A stretch of 64,000 nt of DNA. Source: Actinomycetes bacterium (GTDB lineage Bacteria > Actinomycetota > JAHEXW01). Under the pieces are notes generated by a model. It was not told where the DNA came from. It ran no database searches and was given only the letters and a program-made list of their open reading frames with translations. The stretch covers positions 7,549 through 71,548 of the forward strand of contig JAHEXW010000005.1 in assembly GCA_023251915.1 (NCBI GenBank), read 5' to 3'. Position numbers and translations under genes: made by a program. Position 1 is the first letter of the stretch. Every line of letters begins with the position of its first letter. Positions 56,834-64,000 of the stretch are shown here, piece by piece.

Positions 56834-57813
56834 TTATACCTGTCGACGACAAATTCGCCGATGGCGGTCAGTTCACTCTTTAATGCTTTGCGGCTAACGT
56901 GTTCAATTGACTCTAGCGCGCGCGACACATATTCACGCGCGTCAGACTTGGCTCTTTCAACTCCCCCGCAGGCGACGATAATGCCCAAGGCGCGCCGCAC
57001 CGCTTCCTCCGGCGCTTCCGGATCCTCAAGAATCGTTTTCAGTTCACCTGACGCGTCAGCCGCCAGGGCGTATATCGCGGGCAAAGTGACAGTCCCGTCC
57101 CGAACATCGGCCCCTACCGGTTTCCCTAGCTTGGCCTCGTCGGCGACGATATCCAAGACGTCGTCAAAAACCTGAAAAGCCAGCCCGAGGCACTCCCCGA
57201 ATTGCTTGAGCGCCCGGGTATCCGTCTCTGTAGCGCCGCCGGCCACACCCCCCAGCTCGCAGCACGCCGCAAACAAAGAGGCCGTCTTATAGCAGACACG
57301 CCTCGTGTAGTCCTCGATTGACAAAGCGGTGTCGCGCAAAGCCTGCTGCTGCATCGTCTCGCCGGCGCTGAGAAGTTCGGCGGCGACAGTCATGCCTGTC
57401 ATGACGCGGGGCGCGGCTCTCCCGCACAACGCCGCGAAACTGGCGGCCAACAACATATTGCCGGTCGCCAGGGCAATCGGTTCACTCCACCGGCCGTTTA
57501 CCGTCTCGCGACCGCGGCGTTCGGCCGCCCCGTCCAGGATGTCGTCATGGACGAGAGTAGCTGTATGCAACAACTCGGCGCAGACAGCCACCGGTTCGAG
57601 AGCATCATAATCATAGTCGCCGGCTTGACCCGAGATTAAGACCAGAGCCGGCCGCAAGCGCTTGCCCCCGGACTCGACGACATGCCGGGCCGGTTGCCCC
57701 AAATCACCCGGATAGGCGGCCATCATTGTCCCGAGGCTTGCTTCGACCGTCTTCAGGTCCCGGACTATCCTGGCCGGTACGGGGTACGTTTTCATCTCAG
57801 TCTCCGGCGCCAA
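56830..57813 (-). CDS. Polyprenyl diphosphate synthase catalytic subunit (HepT-like)
   Basis: GGKRLRP, LVHDDILD...RRG, KTA and FQVFDDVLD...LGKP motifs. Confidence 0.93.
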   Translation of the reverse strand: MAPETEMKTYPVPARIVRDLKTVEASLGTMMAAYPGDLGQPARHVVESGGKRLRPALVLISGQAGDYDYDALEPVAVCAELLHTATLVHDDILDGAAERRGRETVNGRWSEPIALATGNMLLAASFAALCGRAAPRVMTGMTVAAELLSAGETMQQQALRDTALSIEDYTRRVCYKTASLFAACCELGGVAGGATETDTRALKQFGECLGLAFQVFDDVLDIVADEAKLGKPVGADVRDGTVTLPAIYALAADASGELKTILEDPEAPEEAVRRALGIIVACGGVERAKSDAREYVSRALESIEHVSRKALKSELTAIGEFVVDRYN

Positions 57814-59533
57814 ACATCAACTTAATAATATGCGGAATGCGAAACTTGGTCAGCTGGCGCACGGACCATTCCAACTCCTGCTTGTCGGCGACCGTCGATA
57901 TGCTGGAGCGGTCGACTTCCTGCTTAAGCTCTTTGAGTTTCTGTTGCACAACCGCCTCGTCAGGCAGAACCATTATCTCGTCGACCCGCCGCATGATGTC
58001 CCGGGCTTGAACGATACGCTCCTCGGTGTCCCGCGCGGTCTTCTCGTCTACCGCCCCAACCTCTAGTTTCAACCTATTCAGTTCAAAGGCCGAATCGTAG
58101 GTCGCGTCGACGATCTGGTCGCGGTTCATCCATTTCGTTTCATAATTCATGATGTATTTCCAGCTGGGCTGGAGCAAAGCTTGACGATGCTCCTCTAGGG
58201 TTTTGGCCAGCAAGATATAGCCGTGTTTCTCCGGCTCGACAAACGCGCGGCTGCCCGGGTCCAGAAACGGCGCCAGCGGCGAGATAAACGGCAAGAGGCG
58301 CTTATCGTTGCCCAGTTGGGTATACAGCTTGCGGCAATAGTCGACAGTCGACATGGTCTTTTCATACGTCTGGCCGGGCATACCTACCATAAAATAGAGA
58401 TCGAACCGTTCACACTTGTCGTGTTTTAGAGCCGCCGCCAGACAGGCCTCAAAATCCTCGTCCGAGTAGCCCTTCCCCACGAGCCTCCGCACTTCCTCGT
58501 CGTGGCTCTCGACCGACATCTCGTAGCTATAGTCGTCCAAATATTTGTCGACCATGTCAAAAACCTCAACCGGTGGCAAAACGTAGAACTCCAGAATAAT
58601 CTTGTTCTTGATTTTCATTTCGGAGATCCCGCGCAGAATCGTCTCGCCGTGCTCCCAGTCGTTCATAAGCAAGTCGCCTAGAACGAAAATAGGGCCGCGC
58701 GACAAATGGCTGATTGTCCGGACGTCTTTCAAAAATGCCTCCGGGCTGCGGAAAGCCATATTCCTACGGTTATAGGTATTCTCAAACGTGTAACGCGAGC
58801 CGCCGCAAAACACGCAATTCATAGTACAGCCGCGACCGACGAAAGCGGCCATGATGTTATATCTGGTCCAATCCATGAACGGGATGACCCCGGTAAAATC
58901 GCGATACTTGAAGACGGATCGCACCATTTCGTTGTAACCGATGCTGTACTGGTCGATGTCCGCGGGGACATTAGTAAACGGATTGACGACCGCGCGACCA
59001 TCCTTCTTCCATACCAGGTTAGGAACGGCAGCTAGGTCGCCGCCTGTCTTAACAGCCTCCACCAGCTGCCGCATCGGTTCTTCGGTGGTGTCGCCGCGCA
59101 TAACAAAATCGATTTCCGGCAGTTCGATCAGCTCGTCATAGAAATACGACGAAGAGAAGCCGCCGAAAACAACCGGTGTGTCAGGATGATATTTCTTCAC
59201 GATCTTGGCCAGCTCAACAGAACCGTGGCAGTGGGGCATCCAGTGTAGATCGATACCGAAAATGGCGGGACTCTTCAGCCCGGCAATATATTTCTCCGCG
59301 TCGAAATCGCGACTTTTAAGCATCTGGAGAGCGATATTGATAATGCGAACGTGCAAGCCATGTTTGCGCAAATAATGTGAGATGCTCGAAAAGCCGACCG
59401 GGTACATCTCGAAAATCGGTGTCGACGGGACGAGATCACTGACCGGTCCATAAACGATGGACTTCTCCCTAAAATCATAGACGCTAGGCGCGTGGAGAAA
59501 TATCAAGTCAGGATGGGTTAGGGAAAAGAACAC
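57797..59533 (-). CDS. B12-binding-domain radical SAM protein (TIGR04190-like)
   Basis: N-terminal HAPSVYDFR...GPVSDLVPSTPIFEMYPVGF and GIDLHW...H cobalamin-binding-type domain; GRGCTMNCVFC (CxxxCxxC); PFLDPGS. Confidence 0.88.
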   Translation of the reverse strand: MFFSLTHPDLIFLHAPSVYDFREKSIVYGPVSDLVPSTPIFEMYPVGFSSISHYLRKHGLHVRIINIALQMLKSRDFDAEKYIAGLKSPAIFGIDLHWMPHCHGSVELAKIVKKYHPDTPVVFGGFSSSYFYDELIELPEIDFVMRGDTTEEPMRQLVEAVKTGGDLAAVPNLVWKKDGRAVVNPFTNVPADIDQYSIGYNEMVRSVFKYRDFTGVIPFMDWTRYNIMAAFVGRGCTMNCVFCGGSRYTFENTYNRRNMAFRSPEAFLKDVRTISHLSRGPIFVLGDLLMNDWEHGETILRGISEMKIKNKIILEFYVLPPVEVFDMVDKYLDDYSYEMSVESHDEEVRRLVGKGYSDEDFEACLAAALKHDKCERFDLYFMVGMPGQTYEKTMSTVDYCRKLYTQLGNDKRLLPFISPLAPFLDPGSRAFVEPEKHGYILLAKTLEEHRQALLQPSWKYIMNYETKWMNRDQIVDATYDSAFELNRLKLEVGAVDEKTARDTEERIVQARDIMRRVDEIMVLPDEAVVQQKLKELKQEVDRSSISTVADKQELEWSVRQLTKFRIPHIIKLMFGAGD

Positions 59534-60056
59534 TATTGACCTCCTCGATCAATGTCGCAGATGATATTTCCTCATAGTCGCCCTGCCCGGCCAACAGGCT
59601 TCCCAGGTGGGAGGCAGCCAGAGCGAGCGCGTCCCGAGGGGCGGCGTCGCCTGACGGGGCTTGGCAGTAGTTTTCGCTGGCTTCAGCCAATGCGTCGCAC
59701 AGGATACGAACCAGACGATCGTCCCCTAATGCGACCACCAACGCTAAGGCTTTCGCGTAGTATCGGTCGGCGGTTATCAAAGCCAAGTTGGCTGCGGGTT
59801 GACCGTAGGCGGGCGGCTCCGCCGGACAAAAGTGTTTTGTCAGACCGAGCTCAAGCAACTCCAGGGCAGTCGCCGTAGCGAGCAACGAGACGGCGGCAAC
59901 ATTCCCGCCGTCGGCGGCGCGATAAAGCAGGATCGCTCGTTTGCAGCGGCCGGTCTCGAAACGCCGCAAGTCAGCCTCTGCCGAGTCAGACAGCGAGACG
60001 ATGTGCGCGGCGACCGCCGCCCGAACCGGTTCAACGTCGCAGTTAAAATAAGTCAA
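59508..60056 (-). CDS. Degenerate prenyltransferase-fold protein, probable HepS-like non-catalytic subunit
   Basis: ATALELLELG..KH and NLALITADRYYAKAL resemble prenyltransferase helices but lack DDxxD; overlaps the radical SAM gene. Confidence 0.55.
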   Translation of the reverse strand: MTYFNCDVEPVRAAVAAHIVSLSDSAEADLRRFETGRCKRAILLYRAADGGNVAAVSLLATATALELLELGLTKHFCPAEPPAYGQPAANLALITADRYYAKALALVVALGDDRLVRILCDALAEASENYCQAPSGDAAPRDALALAASHLGSLLAGQGDYEEISSATLIEEVNSVLFPNPS

Positions 60057-60107
60057 AGTCTAGAACACTCCAGTGGTTAGGTATATCAGACCATTATAGG
60101 ACATCAG

Positions 60108-61172
60108 TTAGGGTTTCGGCAGGAGTTCCAGCGAAACCGGCGCGCTGGTCCCGTGCTTGATCGGCGGCGGCTCGGTGTGGTCAAAGACCGCCAAACCAAA
60201 CATATAGTATTCGGGCGTGCGGCTGGGTTTGAACGGTATGTCGTCCCGGTGACCGGTATCAAGTTTCCGCGACACCTCCAGATACCACCAGCCGTCTTTC
60301 CAAACGCCATGACCGAGAACGTCCGCGGCGCTGCCGGTAGGCGTCCCCGTAAAATAAATGAACGGCTCTTTGTCCCCGGCCTTAAACACCTTGAACGACG
60401 TAATGTCCTCGACTTGCTCGCTGGTCGGATACGGCGTGTCCGCGACAGTCAGATTGTCGATCAATTTCTTTGTCGGCCGCGTCGGCGCGATGCGTTCAAC
60501 AGCGGTTTTGTAGCCGTTCTTAAGAAACCCCGGGTCACCCTGGTCGCGTTTGCGAGCCGCTTTCATGAGGGTGGGGTCGACGCTGTCATCGAGATAACGG
60601 TCCTCGATGAAGCCGTAGACGTTTGTCACACCCGCCAGCCAGAACCAGAGATCGGTTTTTTCCTTGCGGCTGTTTGTCGCCATGTACCAGAGATTCTTAT
60701 CCGGGTTCTCGGTGTGACAGACAGAGCCGCAGCCCCGCAAAGAGAAATAGGCGACGGAGGCGTCTTTATTCCAAAGGATGGACAACTTGTCCTGTTCCAA
60801 ACCATTCTTCCAGGTCTTGCCGTCATATTCCCAAACCTTCGAGATGTCGTTGGCGGTTGAGTCGCGCCACTTTAGCAAAAAATGGATATCTTGCGCGCCA
60901 TACACGCTTTTCATATAGACATCCGGGCCTCCCGTAGTCGTAATTTTGGTAAACTTGCCGGTCGTCCAGGCCTTTTCCGTTATTTGGCCATCGGCTTTGA
61001 TCTTCTCTTGGGTGTATTTCGCCGGCACGACGAGTTTTGTTTGCAGAGCGGGAGCCCTGGTACAGCCGGTTAAGGTAATGAATAACGCCGCCAGCAAAAG
61101 CGGAACAAGCGGATTGGGGCTGATTATGCGGCTGGATAAAGATCTGGGCGCCAGTCGTGATGATAGTCTCAT
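60108..61172 (-). CDS. Ethylbenzene-dehydrogenase-gamma-like heme-binding (DOMON-type) lipoprotein
   Basis: Lipobox LTGC; ADG....AW, W.D, QDKLSILW, GCGSVCH, DLWFW, WKDGWWYLEVSRKL.TG and AVFD.....H pattern. Confidence 0.75.
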   Translation of the reverse strand: MRLSSRLAPRSLSSRIISPNPLVPLLLAALFITLTGCTRAPALQTKLVVPAKYTQEKIKADGQITEKAWTTGKFTKITTTGGPDVYMKSVYGAQDIHFLLKWRDSTANDISKVWEYDGKTWKNGLEQDKLSILWNKDASVAYFSLRGCGSVCHTENPDKNLWYMATNSRKEKTDLWFWLAGVTNVYGFIEDRYLDDSVDPTLMKAARKRDQGDPGFLKNGYKTAVERIAPTRPTKKLIDNLTVADTPYPTSEQVEDITSFKVFKAGDKEPFIYFTGTPTGSAADVLGHGVWKDGWWYLEVSRKLDTGHRDDIPFKPSRTPEYYMFGLAVFDHTEPPPIKHGTSAPVSLELLPKP

Positions 61173-61282
61173 GAATTTAATTCTATCAGGTCAAATGCTT
61201 ATCGCCAAGCTCGCCCGACCAAGCTCAGGCGCCCCGGCGTATAATGGTGCCAAGCCGCCCAAGAGATGGAAGGGGTTAGCGT

Positions 61283-61936
61283 ATGCCAAACAAGACCAAG
61301 ACCGATATCATCGACAGATTTGAGCGTGTGGCCAGGATATACGGCGTGGTGACGCCGTTTATGTTTCGCACTTGGAATCGCATGGCCACAATGGCTCGTC
61401 TGCAGGCCGGTGATCGCGTCCTGGATGTGGCGGGCGGCACGGGCAACCTGGCGGCGCGCCTGGCCCGGCGTGACGTTGCTGTAACCCTGGTCGACCTGTC
61501 CCCGGCAATGTTGGAACGAGCCGCCCGGCGTTTGCGCGGCACGGGCGTCTCTATTCTGCCGGCTGACGCGACAAACCTGCCCTATCCCGACAACTCCTTC
61601 GATGTCAGCTTTATCTCGCTCGCGTTGCATGAGGTGCCCCTGCCGGAAGCGGAGGCCTTCTTGGGGGAAATGGCGCGCGTGACGCGCCGTACGATTGTAG
61701 CGGCTGACTTCGCGGTGCCTCGAACAAGACCGGGCACCTGGGCACTCAAGCAGACGATCGGGCGCGCCGAAGAACCAAGCTTCTTTGCTTTTCTGGAAGT
61801 CGGCCTAGCCGGATTGGCGCGCCGCGCCGGATTGGAGGTTACCGAAACCGCGCGTCCGTGGCTGGCCGGAACCGAGGTCGTGCGGGTTCAAATGGCTGAG
61901 CGCGGCCGTATGGCGACGGCTGCGGCGGAACAATAG
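61283..61936 (+). CDS. Class I SAM-dependent methyltransferase (UbiE/MenG-like)
   Basis: FERVARIY, VLDVAGGTG, DLSPAML, DATNLPYPDNSFD and EMARV motifs. Confidence 0.85.
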   Translation: MPNKTKTDIIDRFERVARIYGVVTPFMFRTWNRMATMARLQAGDRVLDVAGGTGNLAARLARRDVAVTLVDLSPAMLERAARRLRGTGVSILPADATNLPYPDNSFDVSFISLALHEVPLPEAEAFLGEMARVTRRTIVAADFAVPRTRPGTWALKQTIGRAEEPSFFAFLEVGLAGLARRAGLEVTETARPWLAGTEVVRVQMAERGRMATAAAEQ

Positions 61937-62859
61937 CCGCAGAAGTTACAATCATCATGGCGGCAGTCGCGCTCGCCGAACCCCTCCAAAAAGCCGTCCA
62001 GACGAGCGGCCTCCAGCGTAACGGCCTGCCTTACTTCTTCAAAACAAACGTCATCCGGCAAGCTTAGGATGTCCAACAGGTCGGCTGGCGAGGCTTCGGT
62101 GTCGTACGCACTCGCGGCTGCCGCGATCCGGGCCGTCTCCCCGGTCGGCGCGTAAACGACAAAATCAGCGTAGCCCCGTTCGGCGTAAAACGCCAGGTCC
62201 TCGGGCCTTATCCAGCGCGCCTTCAGGAGACTGGCGGGTTCCCGCTGCATTTTTTGAATGCATAATTCCGCGACCAGCAGAGGTTTTCCGCCCTGGTCGT
62301 CCCGGGTGTGGGAGCGCTCGTTGGCATGGGTTATTGCCAACGCGCAATCAAAGGTACAAGCTCGATTGACAACTAGACGGCAGGCACCCGGAGCAGCGCC
62401 GGTCAACGTTTTTAGCTGTTTGAAATCACGATTCATGTCACGCAGCCAGACATATTTCGCCCCCAGCTGGATAAACTCGCGCACCCGCTGGACGCTGTCG
62501 AACGCGACAGTATCGGAGATGACGACCGCCAGCGACGGATATTTGTCCTTAATCAGTTCCAGTAAGAAGAACGAAGAAACAATGACCTCGTCCACCTCCA
62601 GCGCTTCCAGCCGGTCTAACAATCGCCGCAGTCCCCGATTGCCTTCCCGGGTGAGCTCGCGATTGTCGAGACAAAGCTCGTCTAGAGCGTAGCCGAACGC
62701 GAGACCGTCGGCTTTGGCGGCTCGGATATGCTCGGCCGCTGATTCCGTCAGCGTGCCCCCGGCCGGCCGGCCGAATATTCCCCGGCATGAAGTACCGGCC
62801 AGATGCGGTAAGAGCTCATCGTCCCAATTGGTTTCGACAAATAAACGTTTGATGGACAC
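61888..62859 (-). CDS. U32-family Fe-S protein, paralog 2
   Basis: TNWD, LCL, NRACTFDC, ELC and ARWIRPEDL motifs; C-terminal CRHDDCNFCGYC. Confidence 0.8.
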   Translation of the reverse strand: MSIKRLFVETNWDDELLPHLAGTSCRGIFGRPAGGTLTESAAEHIRAAKADGLAFGYALDELCLDNRELTREGNRGLRRLLDRLEALEVDEVIVSSFFLLELIKDKYPSLAVVISDTVAFDSVQRVREFIQLGAKYVWLRDMNRDFKQLKTLTGAAPGACRLVVNRACTFDCALAITHANERSHTRDDQGGKPLLVAELCIQKMQREPASLLKARWIRPEDLAFYAERGYADFVVYAPTGETARIAAAASAYDTEASPADLLDILSLPDDVCFEEVRQAVTLEAARLDGFLEGFGERDCRHDDCNFCGYCSAAAVAIRPRSAI

Positions 62860-62861
62860 CT

Positions 62862-64000
62862 CTAGAATATCTTCCCGTCCGTCAAGTTATGACGGATCTC
62901 GTCGTAAGCCTTCAGTTGTTCACGGACTACCGTGTCGTCAACCGTCATCACCCGGTCGGCGACGTCGCGGCAATAGCCGCATAGGTCACAATCCATCGCC
63001 GCGCAATCGATCTTTCGGAAATGCTCCAAGAAACCGTCGAGCGCTCGATTGTCGATGCTGATGGGGTCGACCGATTCCGACACCTTGGACGTTACACGAC
63101 TGAGTAGTTTCAACGGATTGGCCTGCCGCCAGTTTTTTACGAAGTATTTTAGCCGGTGCGGCGTCCCTAATTTGAGCGGAAAATCCCGCGGCGGAAACAC
63201 CACGAGGTCTAGAAAGTCTCCCTCCCACCGGCGCGCGGCATAGGCTTTGGTGATTTCAATCAGACGGTCGGTCGGCATGTTGCGGTCCACCAGCTTAAAA
63301 TGATCCAAGCCGATGTCCTCGTAGATCTTCAGGTCCTCCGGGCGGATCCACCGCGACCGGATCAATTCGACCGGATCAGCGAATTTCGTATTGGCGCAGG
63401 CGAATACGGCCGTATCGACAACGTAACCATTGTTCCGGTGGCCCGTCTGGGAGCTGTGGCTCATCGTGTTGCCGTGAGCATACTCAAAGGGACAGTTGAA
63501 AATGCAGGAGTTGTTGACGACCATCTGAATGTCGCAAGCCAGACCCTGCCGCAGTGACTCAAGGAGCCTGAAGTCCCGGTTGGCATCCTGGATAGTGATT
63601 ATGTCCGCCCCCAACGCCTCGAATTGTTTGGCTTTTTCCAACGAGCGGACCTGTTGGAAAGCGGACGTGGCGACGCGCAGGCGCGGGTATAGCTCTTTGG
63701 CCAGGCGAAGCAGCCAGACCGACGAAACTGTTATGATTTCGACACCCTGGTCGTTTATCCAATCCAGAAGTTCAATAACCGATTGGCGATACTCCGGATT
63801 CTTCTCTTCACCCCCCAGGCAGGTCGCGTTGATGACATAGTTGAAGGCGATGCCGGCCGCCCGCGCTTGCTTGATGTGGGAAACGGCGCCGGCCCCAGAC
63901 ACATGCGGCAGCCAATATGGGTAACGCGCCCCGCCGACAACGTCGCGCGCCAGCTTCCCGTAAACATCCGTGACCGGTAGACCCGCGACGCCCGTGATCA
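62862..64000 (-). CDS. U32-family Fe-S protein, paralog 1 (N-terminus beyond window end)
   Basis: Frame stays open to the window edge (..DVYGKLARDVVGGAR..); FNYVINATC, NNSCIFNC, FAC, SRWIRPEDL and FKLVDR motifs; C-terminal CAAMDCDLCGYC. Confidence 0.85.
   Translation of the reverse strand, partial: ITGVAGLPVTDVYGKLARDVVGGARYPYWLPHVSGAGAVSHIKQARAAGIAFNYVINATCLGGEEKNPEYRQSVIELLDWINDQGVEIITVSSVWLLRLAKELYPRLRVATSAFQQVRSLEKAKQFEALGADIITIQDANRDFRLLESLRQGLACDIQMVVNNSCIFNCPFEYAHGNTMSHSSQTGHRNNGYVVDTAVFACANTKFADPVELIRSRWIRPEDLKIYEDIGLDHFKLVDRNMPTDRLIEITKAYAARRWEGDFLDLVVFPPRDFPLKLGTPHRLKYFVKNWRQANPLKLLSRVTSKVSESVDPISIDNRALDGFLEHFRKIDCAAMDCDLCGYCRDVADRVMTVDDTVVREQLKAYDEIRHNLTDGKIF

Overview
Chromosomal window from a moderately GC-rich bacterium. 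ClpC style, lipoprotein-anchored redox proteins, [NiFe]-hydrogenase, two-subunit fumarase and FeoB suggest an anaerobic, monoderm, probably deep-branching actinobacterial lineage (inference). Most of the window is conserved minus-strand housekeeping DNA: radA-clpC, greA-lysS, tilS-hpt-ftsH-folE-folP-folK-panC-panD-nadB-nadC-dedA-birA-bioY-coaX, gltX, topA-mdh-fumAB-tmk-holB-PSP1, four tRNAs and a Tat-exported membrane-bound [NiFe]-hydrogenase operon. Accessory modules include an ArsR/thioredoxin/ArsP unit, a heptaheme cytochrome c lipoprotein, a 1628-aa mosaic multicopper oxidase, a TipA-type MerR regulator and DtxR-FeoB. No CRISPR array, integrase, transposase or rRNA was seen. The most unusual signals are four. 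(1) A homologous 221/222-bp non-coding unit sits behind both tRNA-Gln and tRNA-Glu. It has three hairpins with different stems and conserved loops, begins with an inverted copy of the host T-arm and ends with a direct copy of the tRNA 3' end. (2) In a prenyl/quinone locus, a B12-binding radical SAM gene lies between HepS-like and HepT-like prenyltransferase subunit genes, near a methyltransferase and two Fe-S U32 proteins. (3) A REP-like repeat family has entered folK and the PSP1 gene in frame and brackets a foreign-looking gene. (4) An acyl-ACP-reductase-like operon contains a duplicated uncharacterised partner. All family assignments come from motif recognition by eye, not from database searches.
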